Positions 19,312-28,327 of a DNA stretch of 64,000 nt are shown piece after piece; positions within the stretch are counted from its first letter, which is position 1, and each line of letters begins with the position of its first letter. The stretch spans positions 32,001 to 96,000 of the IMG/VR virus record IMGVR_UViG_3300010163_000002; one strand, given 5' to 3'. This DNA comes from a virus. Lineage: Duplodnaviria > Caudoviricetes. A program made the translations under genes and the position numbers. Under the pieces are notes generated by a model. That model was given only the letters and a program-made list of their open reading frames with translations, was not told where the DNA came from and searched no databases.

Positions 19312-21444
19312 ATGTCAGATATTAGTTTCATGCCCAAAGTACTAAGTGCCAAAGCAATACAAGAATATGAACAAGTAATGGTAGATGGATTAAGACATTC
19401 GTTCCCATTACTAAAAGAATCAGAGCTCAGAGAAGCCATAGAATATTCTATTAGTAATAGATTCAAAGATTCTCCGGCTCAGATTAAAAACAATTATACT
19501 AATAAAAATTTAAATGGTACAGCGTTAGAGGTTCTTTCATATATAGAGAAACTACAGCCTATTATTACATCAAGCGGCGTATTGTTTAAAAGACATAAAG
19601 AAGCAGATAACCCACTATCAAGAATGATTATGGGTTTTATTAATCAAAGAGCAAAATATAAAAAAGAGATGTTTAAATATCCTAAAGGATCAGAAATGTT
19701 TCAGAGATATAATTTACTACAACTACTGGAAAAATTAAATGCTAATGCCACATACGGCGTGTTAGGCGCACCGACCTCGGCTTATTATAATATATATGTA
19801 GCAGAAGCAATTACCCGTCAGGGTAGATCTTATATTAGTTGTAGTATTATGCTATTTGAATCATTATTGTCTAATAACGTTAAATTTAATAACTTAAATG
19901 AAGTAATTACGTTTATCAATAACGTAGAACATGAAAAACCTAACAGAAATTTACTGGATAAATATATACTTGATAGAAATATTACTTTGGAAGAGTGTTT
20001 CTTTAAGATTATGAACACTGCGGATATGATGATATGGATTCCGACAGAAACAGAAATGGCAAGAGTATGGGAATACATTCAAGGATTATCTCAGGAAGAT
20101 ATTAATAGGTTATATTATAAGAATAACTTGTATTCATTTGTAGATCTTCCAGTTGTTACAGATTTAGTAATAAAAATTCTTGGAGAATTAAATACTCCAT
20201 TTATGAATCCTAATAATCCGCCAAAAAATATTAAAGAGGATCTTGATACTCTTGTTTGTATGATTAAGGAGTATGTGTATTACCCGCACTTCTATATAGA
20301 CAAGCTTGATCGTATTGAGTATATGCAAAGAGACATAGTTGTGGTATCAGATACCGATAGTACAATTATATCATTTGACGCATGGTATAGATTCATACTA
20401 CAGAAAGTGTACAATCTAGATTTGCCAATCAAAAAAGAAAAATTTGATATGGTTAAAGTCATTAAAGCAGATGAGTTTGGAGATTTACCATTAAGAGAAA
20501 TGTGCGAAATTGTAGATCCTGTATACGATTACAATTTCTATACAGATGAAGTGATTGAATTGCAACGACTAATTGAACCATGCAAAATAATACCTCAGGA
20601 GTCTCTTAAGTATTCAATTATCAATATAATTGCTTATGTATGTAGCGACCTGGTGGTGGATTATTTGCGTGAATATACCAAGCTTACTGGAAGTTATCAG
20701 GAAGGCGTAAAATGCCGCATGATTATGAAAAATGAATTTACCTTCTTGCGTCTGTTGCTGACTAATAATCGTAGAAATTATGCGGATATTCAAAGCATTC
20801 AGGAAGGAAACATAATACCAAAAAGCGAAAGTATGGCTATCATGGGCCTTCCCATCAACAAAAGTGTATTATCAGAAGATACAAAAGAAAAATTACAAAG
20901 AATTCTGTATGAAGATATACTTACTGCTGACAATATAGATCAAGTAAATATTATGAAGAAGCTTGTATTATTTGAGAAAGAAATTTATAATAGTATTATG
21001 AATAAAGAGATCAAATATTATAAGCCAGACAATATAGCATCGTTAGCTTCATATAAGAAAGAACCATTGTCTGTTAATGGTATATTGGCGTCTGTTATTT
21101 ATAATAAGATGCGTGCAGAAGATATGCCAGCGATTAATCTTGAAGAAAGGAATAAAATAATAAAAATCAAGATTGATGTTAACAAGAAAAATGTAGAATC
21201 TATAAAGGATATATATCCGGAAGAATATGCTAAATTGGTTGCGTTGTTAAATGACCCGGTTCTTGGTTCTAAAGTTACCACAATAGCATTACCGCTTGAT
21301 ACTGCAGTGCCAGATTGGGTATTATCATTTGTAGATTTTAAAACAATCATTAATGACCAGCTAAAGAATTTCCCATTAGATAGTGTTGGAATTAAACGAT
21401 TGCAAAATGATTCTGTAAATGTATCAAATATAATTCAATTATAG
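19312..21444 (+). CDS. Family B DNA polymerase, C-terminal part (motifs B and C) of a split enzyme
   Basis: R..YKKEM...EKLNANATYG (motif B) and VSDTDS (motif C); lacks the exonuclease motifs and motif A, which are in 40300-42219. Confidence 0.85.
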   Translation: MSDISFMPKVLSAKAIQEYEQVMVDGLRHSFPLLKESELREAIEYSISNRFKDSPAQIKNNYTNKNLNGTALEVLSYIEKLQPIITSSGVLFKRHKEADNPLSRMIMGFINQRAKYKKEMFKYPKGSEMFQRYNLLQLLEKLNANATYGVLGAPTSAYYNIYVAEAITRQGRSYISCSIMLFESLLSNNVKFNNLNEVITFINNVEHEKPNRNLLDKYILDRNITLEECFFKIMNTADMMIWIPTETEMARVWEYIQGLSQEDINRLYYKNNLYSFVDLPVVTDLVIKILGELNTPFMNPNNPPKNIKEDLDTLVCMIKEYVYYPHFYIDKLDRIEYMQRDIVVVSDTDSTIISFDAWYRFILQKVYNLDLPIKKEKFDMVKVIKADEFGDLPLREMCEIVDPVYDYNFYTDEVIELQRLIEPCKIIPQESLKYSIINIIAYVCSDLVVDYLREYTKLTGSYQEGVKCRMIMKNEFTFLRLLLTNNRRNYADIQSIQEGNIIPKSESMAIMGLPINKSVLSEDTKEKLQRILYEDILTADNIDQVNIMKKLVLFEKEIYNSIMNKEIKYYKPDNIASLASYKKEPLSVNGILASVIYNKMRAEDMPAINLEERNKIIKIKIDVNKKNVESIKDIYPEEYAKLVALLNDPVLGSKVTTIALPLDTAVPDWVLSFVDFKTIINDQLKNFPLDSVGIKRLQNDSVNVSNIIQL

Positions 21445-21550
21445 AAATATAGGGAGGGTTTAAACCCTCCCTATAAATTTCTTTAGTAATATATTATAAT
21501 TTTGAATTAAACTAATATAATTTAATAATAAAACAAAGGAGATTTAAATA

Positions 21551-21973
21551 ATGAAATTAACTAAAGAGCAAACAATTGAAGAACATCATAAGATGTGGAA
21601 TTGGATTGCTGAAAATGTGCACGATATAAGACCAACTACAGCAAAACAAATTAAAGAATATTACTTAAAAAATATAAGTTGCTTAAAAGAAACAACTGAC
21701 AATAATTGTTTTTGCCCAGAGTATATTAATGAATTATGCTATAATTGCTCATTATATTGGGGAGCTAAACCGTATAGATGCGTGATTGATAACTGCGTGT
21801 TTTATATAGAGTTCTCAAAGTATATTAGATGTGCTGATTATGTAAAAGCAGCAGATATGGCAAAATTGATAGCAAACTTACCAAAAAGAAAGGATGATAA
21901 TAATGGAATTAACCAGAGAACAGGCTATCGAAGAACACAGAAAAATGTGGAATTGGATTTCCGAGAATATTGA
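21551..21973 (+). CDS. Cys-rich repeat-family protein, copy 2
   Basis: MKLTKEQTIEEHHKMWNWIA...CFCPEY; reads on into the next gene in another frame; early promoter at 21490-21497. Confidence 0.7.
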   Translation: MKLTKEQTIEEHHKMWNWIAENVHDIRPTTAKQIKEYYLKNISCLKETTDNNCFCPEYINELCYNCSLYWGAKPYRCVIDNCVFYIEFSKYIRCADYVKAADMAKLIANLPKRKDDNNGINQRTGYRRTQKNVELDFREY

Positions 21974-22637
21974 AAAAATAGAACCAGATAATATCAGAGA
22001 TATCAAACGATATTATTTGTACAAAATAAGAAAATTAAACGAATCAATAGATAATTACTGCTTTTGCTGCGAATATGATAGTAATGCCATGACATGTTTT
22101 GATGATGCGTGCTTTAATTGCCCACTAATTTGGGGAGATATAGACAGTGAATGTTCCAACGTTGATAGTTTGCATGACATTTTCATAAAAAATGTAAAAT
22201 CTAAAAATTACAATGCAGCATCAAATATAGCAAAACAAATAGCAAATCTACCAGAAAGAAAAAACGCAATATTTAAATTGACCAAAGAACAAGCAATAGA
22301 AGAACACAGAAAAATGTGGAATTGGATCGCTGATAATGTGGAGAATATGCAGGTTACTAAAGTCGATTATATAAAGAAATATTATATGAAGGTAATAAGA
22401 AGAATAAGAGTAAATATAGAAAGAGATTGTTTTTGTTGCGAGTATGCCAAGCAACAATCGCCATTACAAGAAAATATATGCGATTATTGCCCATTGGATT
22501 GTAATAGTAAAGAAAACAATCATATTATTAGTGAAGATTTGTTTGATTACTTTTATAGTAAATGTGTGTCTACTGGGAGATACATTCAGGCATCAAATAT
22601 AGCAAGGCAGATAGCAAATCTACCAGAAAGAAAATAA
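21903..22637 (+). CDS. Cys-rich repeat-family protein with two tandem domains (copies 3 and 4)
   Basis: Two LT.EQAIEEHRKMWNWI...CFCCEY...IANLPERK units. Confidence 0.75.
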   Translation: MELTREQAIEEHRKMWNWISENIEKIEPDNIRDIKRYYLYKIRKLNESIDNYCFCCEYDSNAMTCFDDACFNCPLIWGDIDSECSNVDSLHDIFIKNVKSKNYNAASNIAKQIANLPERKNAIFKLTKEQAIEEHRKMWNWIADNVENMQVTKVDYIKKYYMKVIRRIRVNIERDCFCCEYAKQQSPLQENICDYCPLDCNSKENNHIISEDLFDYFYSKCVSTGRYIQASNIARQIANLPERK

Positions 22638-22647
22638 TAAATGAGGT

Positions 22648-23163
22648 ATGAATATGATTACAGTAGAAACAATTAAAGACAATTTCAAGGGAGCACTCAT
22701 TACAAGTGTGAAACCGGCAAGAAAAAATTCATATGGTAAATATATGAGCCATAGAAACGATGAAGAAATAATACTTGTATCGCAGAAAACACATGTATTA
22801 CAAGTAGAAGATTATTCTAAATGGTATAATTTGTATTATCTTATGCCAGGAAATATTTCTACAAAAGAACTATATTTAGTGTCTTTAACATTTGGAGATA
22901 TAATAGATGGTATAGACCATTGTTACTATCCAAATTCTGTAATAGAATTTTGTTGCAAAAATAACTTGCTGATTGATGGTATTAGTTACATGGCTATATG
23001 CAAAATGCTATATGAATATATGGATTTTGGAGATATAAAGGAATATCTGCCTAATTCTGTAGATTTGTATAGAACTTTGCAGTGGGATTACAATGCTAAA
23101 TGTAATACATTCTATTTATCTAAAAATGATATGGGTGCAATAGGAGGATATTATAATGAGTAA
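22648..23163 (+). CDS. Hypothetical protein
   Basis: 171-aa ORF with GAGG RBS, in operon. Confidence 0.6.
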   Translation: MNMITVETIKDNFKGALITSVKPARKNSYGKYMSHRNDEEIILVSQKTHVLQVEDYSKWYNLYYLMPGNISTKELYLVSLTFGDIIDGIDHCYYPNSVIEFCCKNNLLIDGISYMAICKMLYEYMDFGDIKEYLPNSVDLYRTLQWDYNAKCNTFYLSKNDMGAIGGYYNE

Positions 23164-23866
23164 AGCACATAATTGTTTGTACTATTTAGCAAAAAACGAT
23201 AAAGAATACGAACAAATCATGAAAGAAGGGATAATCCCAACAGAAAAGTGTATCGCAGATATATCTATGGATAAAGAAAAAATCACTCTTTTATGCGAAT
23301 TCAATCAGGTAGGTAAATGGAAAATTCTTGAACAAAAACCAATTGTATTAAGGATATCTAATGTAGCCAAAGAAGATTGCAAAGAAGTTGAGTTGGTTGA
23401 TATTGCTAAAAGACTGATATATGATAGAGTAATATCGCCAGAAAATATTGAAAGGGCGTATGTTTTTACAACGAGAAAACAAATGAAAGAATTGTGTGTT
23501 GCGTACGCAATCGGTCTAAGTATTATTATATCTAATACTATATATCATTATGATAACAATACTCCAGAGCATGAAAAATTTGTTGAATATATTAGTAAAT
23601 CTACAAATAATATTGTCAGTACAATCGACCGATTAGATTATAAGAACAACTGGAGATGGGTAGCTAAAAAATTAAGAGAATATGCGGATGAAGGAAACTA
23701 CACATTCTTAGATACCTACTGCAATAGCGATATTAAACTATATGAGCAGATTACTATGTTCCCAAGAGATGATACTTATGGAGACCGTTGGGTGCTGAGA
23801 AAATGTATTCAGACCGCATTTAAAAATATGCTTAATTTAGATACAGGAGGGTATACAAAATGTTAG
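23156..23866 (+). CDS. Hypothetical protein with possible degenerate ADP-ribosyltransferase/KptA-like N-terminal domain
   Basis: LYY....IMKEGIIP...VLRI...ISPENI follows the LYH...I.KEGL.P...VL.I...IPPE.I pattern, but the His is replaced. Confidence 0.35.
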   Translation: MSKAHNCLYYLAKNDKEYEQIMKEGIIPTEKCIADISMDKEKITLLCEFNQVGKWKILEQKPIVLRISNVAKEDCKEVELVDIAKRLIYDRVISPENIERAYVFTTRKQMKELCVAYAIGLSIIISNTIYHYDNNTPEHEKFVEYISKSTNNIVSTIDRLDYKNNWRWVAKKLREYADEGNYTFLDTYCNSDIKLYEQITMFPRDDTYGDRWVLRKCIQTAFKNMLNLDTGGYTKC

Positions 23867-24297
23867 TTGTACAAGTACCATATACAGTATTAATTCCTAA
23901 AGATTATGTTAGCAATCCTTATCTTATAAAGCTTAAGGGAAATGAGTATATTAAAATCTCAACAATAGTTACTATCAATAATGATGAACTTAATAATTAT
24001 TATCAATTAAATGGAGATCTTGCTATACCATTTATAGTGTATAATAATTGGATGCTTAAGTGCATGCCTGAAATAGCTAAAATGTTTGGATCGATATCTA
24101 ATAAGGATATAAATATTGATGAGATAGTAGCACTGGTAAATAATTTTACTGTAATTAATATAAGTGATTCATATAAGATAGAAGATATGCTTCCTGTTCA
24201 AGAATTTAGAAATGCATTTGCAATGGCCATGATGGGCGATGTGTTATATAATTATATTATGGAAAAGTACGCTTTACCATATATAGACAAAAAATAG
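23860..24297 (+). CDS. Hypothetical protein, paralog A
   Basis: Shares PY.V...Y, GDLAIPFIVY.NW and Y..EKY.LP.I.KK with the next gene. Confidence 0.65.
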   Translation: MLVVQVPYTVLIPKDYVSNPYLIKLKGNEYIKISTIVTINNDELNNYYQLNGDLAIPFIVYNNWMLKCMPEIAKMFGSISNKDINIDEIVALVNNFTVINISDSYKIEDMLPVQEFRNAFAMAMMGDVLYNYIMEKYALPYIDKK

Positions 24298-24330
24298 AAA
24301 TATACTTTTAAAAATACAGGAGGGCACAAA

Positions 24331-24744
24331 ATGTTAAATTTATCAACCCCATATAAAGTAATATTCTCAAAAAAATATTATATACAACAACCTGCATTTA
24401 TATGGTTACACGATAATACGTACCATATTTTAGGAGGAATTCATTCGTTAGATATATGTCCTACAGATGATAACTATTATACATTAACAGGTGATTTAGC
24501 TATACCATTTATAGTATACCATAACTGGTGGTTGGAGGGCTCTATATCTAGAGTAAAGAATTCCACAGAACGCGATGAAAAATTATTATATGTGCTTAAA
24601 GAAAATATTATAGATATAGGAAACGCATATAATATAATTGATATAGTACCAGAAATAGCTACGTATGAAGATCCTGATGTTGCATATATTTATCTTGCTT
24701 ATATGATAGAAAAATATTTATTACCGCATATAAACAAAAAATAA
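24331..24744 (+). CDS. Hypothetical protein, paralog B
   Basis: Paralog of the previous gene; GGAGG RBS. Confidence 0.65.
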   Translation: MLNLSTPYKVIFSKKYYIQQPAFIWLHDNTYHILGGIHSLDICPTDDNYYTLTGDLAIPFIVYHNWWLEGSISRVKNSTERDEKLLYVLKENIIDIGNAYNIIDIVPEIATYEDPDVAYIYLAYMIEKYLLPHINKK

Positions 24745-24854
24745 ATACACTAATCAAATTAACATCCGGTGGGATTAATCCCACCGGCCTTTAAAACTCA
24801 AAGACAGATGAATCATCTTTGAGTGTTTTTATTTTTTATATCTCGCCTCCAATC

Positions 24855-25143
24855 TTACTTTCTAATATACCCGTTGTTTTCCAGGTATATTAGAATACGT
24901 CTTGTGTATTTAGCGCAAGACATATTAAATGCCTTAGCCGGATACACATTACCACGGGTTACATCGAGAAGACTGGAAGCGAACCAGTCCTGGAAGTCCG
25001 CTGCCTGCTCCTCGATTTCTAGCATAGCATCAGTATGCTTGGTATTTCCGCCAAGCATAAGCAGAGCTTTGTTGGCGGTTGCTTTGAAGCTCATATGTGG
25101 ACTTTACGAGTTCCTTATTCATTGTGCTCATTGTTGTATTCAT
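24855..25143 (-). pseudogene. Small early gene apparently frameshifted near ACATATG (25092-25098)
   Basis: RBS-led frame from 25143 stops after 37 codons; the protein-like 79-aa frame (MSFKAT...) is offset by 1 nt. Confidence 0.35.
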
Positions 25144-25367
25144 AGTATCCTCTTTCTCACTTATAACGGGCTTCAAGCGACTACCCGATTTTATTTTTAT
25201 ATAATAATATCTTCTATTCACCATTATAATATACAAACAAAAAGATATCCAGTAGGGTTTCCCCTACTGGCACTTTTATCTCGTTTAATAATATAAATTT
25301 GGCTGGAATTTATTTATCATTATAACAAGATATACTTTAAGATATAATGAATTTTTTGCTTTTGCCT

Positions 25368-25919
25368 TTACATTATTGTCAATTCAAATTTTTCACTAAA
25401 ATGAATTTCTAATCCCATTTCAAGAGCATGTCTGGCAACAGCCATTTTTTCTGCAGAGATTTTTAACCCATCATATTTTTCAACATCAACTCCAGATTTA
25501 AATCCGGAATAGATTTCATAAATCTGATCTTCGTCGTATCCAGCTTCAATATAGCTGTGCATGTCATGCCCCTCAACCAATGCGGCGATTGCCCAATTGG
25601 ATTTAATATACGGAATACTCGGATTAAAATACGGAAGAAGCTGCTCTGTGGTTAATCCATGAGAATATCCGGTAAGAATAACCTGCATTTGTGTAGCATT
25701 CAATTCCGGATTCATAAAACGCTCAGGCCTAATTTCCGGATTTTTTTCTGCAGAGGTAAATACAGAAAGAATCATATCAAGCTGCTCTGTATTGAATTCT
25801 TTTATTTCTACTTCTTCAATGCTGCATTTATCCATTAACTTTGCAGCGCTATCAATCCATGCAGATGAATATGCCGGATTTTTTAATAATCTCATTTCAA
25901 TTTGCTTTTTGTTATCCAT
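25368..25919 (-). CDS. Helical repeat protein of unknown function, translationally coupled to tad1
   Basis: Imperfect repeats FNTEQLDMI/LNATQMQVI/YDEDQIYEI/ISAEKMAVA about 25 aa apart; TAATG stop-start overlap with tad1. Confidence 0.65.
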   Translation of the reverse strand: MDNKKQIEMRLLKNPAYSSAWIDSAAKLMDKCSIEEVEIKEFNTEQLDMILSVFTSAEKNPEIRPERFMNPELNATQMQVILTGYSHGLTTEQLLPYFNPSIPYIKSNWAIAALVEGHDMHSYIEAGYDEDQIYEIYSGFKSGVDVEKYDGLKISAEKMAVARHALEMGLEIHFSEKFELTIM

Positions 25920-26320
25920 TATTTTACTCCTTCTGTAGAATCTGTGTTATTAGTTCCCTGCACGCCTGACGCAATTCTTCTGTTAGTTCTGTCTCTTAAT
26001 GCTACTACAGCATCTGTAATAGACTTGATTGCTCTTGCATTTTCTTCACATGCAAATTCAGAAGACTGAAATGCTGTAAGACGCGTAAGTACCATAAGAA
26101 GAAGATCTTCATTGAATACTCCATTGATTCCGCATTCTTTAACCGGTCCCTCCTGAAAGTTTACTCTGCAAATAGCACCACCTGTTTCTGCATTACGTAC
26201 AACGAAATGATGTGGCCCGTTATACTTGAACTGTGATGCATCTTCACAACATACCTTTGTTAATTTCTGCGTAAAAAGCGGATGCTCGATAGGGAGCATC
26301 TGTAAATCATTAGATCCCAT
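25919..26320 (-). CDS. tad1: Thoeris anti-defence 1 (Tad1) family signalling-molecule sponge
   Basis: N.PHHF..., NFQEGPVKECGINGV.NEDLL.M..TRL..FQ.S.F.C.EN..AI..., RT..R...GVQGT closely match the Tad1 consensus as I recall it. Confidence 0.85.
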   Translation of the reverse strand: MGSNDLQMLPIEHPLFTQKLTKVCCEDASQFKYNGPHHFVVRNAETGGAICRVNFQEGPVKECGINGVFNEDLLLMVLTRLTAFQSSEFACEENARAIKSITDAVVALRDRTNRRIASGVQGTNNTDSTEGVK

Positions 26321-26405
26321 TACTTTATCCTCCTTAATATTTTTTACTATAAAGTACCATATAGTTTATTTATTAAATATAACAAAAAATAATGCAGGCC
26401 TAAAC

Positions 26406-26582
26406 CTACATTATTCTGCCCATGCTCTGAAGAGTATGAATAATGCTATACTTAAGTTTAACCAGTTCCAATCGCATCTTTAATGCGAAAAGAGGGTTAG
26501 TAATTTTACACCTCCATACCAGAAGCGCAAGGCGAAGATCAAAGATCTTCTTTTCTAAATTTATTTTATTTAATTTCATCAT
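26406..26582 (-). CDS. Small basic/hydrophobic early protein (58 aa)
   Basis: Follows the duplicated promoter/RBS cassette. Confidence 0.5.
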   Translation of the reverse strand: MMKLNKINLEKKIFDLRLALLVWRCKITNPLFALKMRLELVKLKYSIIHTLQSMGRIM

Positions 26583-26767
26583 AGTATCCTCTTTCTCGCT
26601 TATAACGGGCTTCAAGCGACTACCCGATTTTATTTTTTATTTATATTATTATCTTCTATTCACTATTATAATATATAAATAAATATATAGAGAATTACAA
26701 ATATTACAGTCGAGCATATTTTATATTCCAAAACATTGTGATAAATAACACGAAAGGAGGTAATATA

Positions 26768-27107
26768 GTGAACTACGAACCAACAATGGTTGGAAGACCT
26801 ATGAATACTGCAAATCCGTATAATAACGTCGTTGTTAACAGACAAGCTGTATACCCTGGCGGGCCTCCACCGCCAAGACAAACATATTCAAAACCGCAAA
26901 CTATAAGAACATTATATGCTCAAAAAACAACTAAAAATAAGAGTTTCTTGGATATGCACCATTATCTTGAATCTATAGGAATTAAGAATAATGAATTCAT
27001 GCTAACTCTTATAGATCCAGATCTTGATGGTATTGACCCTCATGATCCTAACCTCAATGCTTATTATAAACAGAAAATTTTGCGAGAATGCCTATGCAAC
27101 TATTGGT
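26768..27107 (+). CDS. Terminase large subunit, exon 1
   Basis: Late promoter at 26732-26744, GGAGG plus GTG start; ends ...RECLCNYW; joining to exon 2 gives NYWYFIRECVRVP. Confidence 0.85.
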
Positions 27108-28327
27108 AAAAATGAAATGCTCCGTATTATGGTAACATAGTGCGTGCACCTTACTGAATTGCTGGGAAAGGCTAAGAGCTTCAATGCCTATTAATAGGAG
27201 TCGAAAGACAGAAACAAGTTTGAAGATGGACTATGCTGAAATAAAAGCTATATATCTATATAGTGCTAAAGTCTAATTAATGTCTAATCAGCAGCCAACA
27301 GATTAGTACTACAATACCGAAGGAAGTACTAATTATGGAAATTATTGGTAAACGATTTGAAAGTAATAATTTTGGATTCTTTAAAGTTATTGATACAGTA
27401 GATAAGATAAAATGTAAAGAGCCTAGATACCTTATACAATTTGAAAATACTGGATCTTATAATACGGCCTCGTATAATTCAATACGGCACGGAAGAGTAA
27501 AAGACAGGTATGCTCCAATTGTAGCAGGTGTAGGATTTCTTGGAGATTATGATGGTAAAATAACAACAGATCCGTTTATTTATGGTTTATATAGGCCATG
27601 GAATGATATGCTGAATAGGTGTTATAATGTTACAGATGAAGATTATCCAGAATATGGAGCTATAGGAATTAGAGTTGATAAAGCGTGGTTTAATTTTGGT
27701 ACATATTTGCATGATGTGCAACAATTGCCAGGTTTTAATCTTAAGCTAAAATACTGGGATATTTATCAATTGGATAAGGATTATTTGCAGCTTAATATTC
27801 CTAAATGTAACAGAATATACTCTAAGCATACTTGTATATGGATTTCAAAGCATGATAATATTTTGCTTATGAATACAGAAAATGGTAATAAAACTGGCAT
27901 GATGGGTATAGTGGAAAGAAGTGGGGGATACGTGGTTAGATATCGTAATAAATCATACGGTAAATACGACAATCTAATAGCTGCAGGTAATGCTTATAAT
28001 AATCTATTCCCATTATTAACAAGATCTAATCCGCATGCAAACATATTCATTCCAAATAATGTGCCATATATACCTCAAGAGGAAATTATTAAGCACTTAA
28101 TGAATCCAAAAGAATTATGTAAAATCGTTCAATAAATACTATTGGTTGGTTCAACGACTATCCGTGATGAGTGTAGCGGAGTAGGGCCCAAGTGGGTGGG
28201 TGAGAATCCCTTAAATCCAAGCGGTAAGGCGTCCATTATATGGATGAAGATATAGTCTCAGCATATGGAGAAATTCCATAGTATTTATTTTAATATAACG
28301 TAATATAACGAATTACGGTAAGAATTA
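27108..28327 (+). mobile_element. Group I intron with homing endonuclease ORF in the P6 loop
   Basis: Core elements P gaattgctgggaa, Q aatcagcagcc, R ttcaacgacta, S aagatatagtc; 5' splice site after U27107; ATGAAAT (27112-27118) is complementary to the exon 2 start ATTTCAT; P6 gccaac/gttggt flanks the ORF. Confidence 0.9.
27335..28135 (+). CDS. Intron-encoded homing endonuclease (HNH-related)
   Basis: W..ML.RCY....Y..YGA.GI.V...W..F..., QLDKD, YSK.TC.W..K.DN motifs; lies inside the intron. Confidence 0.8.
   Translation: MEIIGKRFESNNFGFFKVIDTVDKIKCKEPRYLIQFENTGSYNTASYNSIRHGRVKDRYAPIVAGVGFLGDYDGKITTDPFIYGLYRPWNDMLNRCYNVTDEDYPEYGAIGIRVDKAWFNFGTYLHDVQQLPGFNLKLKYWDIYQLDKDYLQLNIPKCNRIYSKHTCIWISKHDNILLMNTENGNKTGMMGIVERSGGYVVRYRNKSYGKYDNLIAAGNAYNNLFPLLTRSNPHANIFIPNNVPYIPQEEIIKHLMNPKELCKIVQ

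Larger units (their letters stand above)
25141..26675 (-). repeat. Duplicated promoter+leader+RBS cassette of about 95 bp (25141-25233 and 26580-26675)
   Basis: Near-identical TATATTATAA..GTGAATAGAAGATA...AAATCGGGTAGTCGCTTGAAGCCCGTTATAAG(T/C)GAGAAAGAGGATACTATG ahead of two unrelated ORFs. Confidence 0.9.

Noticed and set aside
25141-26675. Repeats as a CRISPR array
   Set aside because: Only two long copies 1.4 kb apart, each containing promoter and RBS; no regular repeat-spacer pattern or cas genes
27107-27109. TAA after terminase exon 1 as stop-codon reassignment or pseudogene
   Set aside because: Explained by the group I intron; the other long genes read through normally in the standard code
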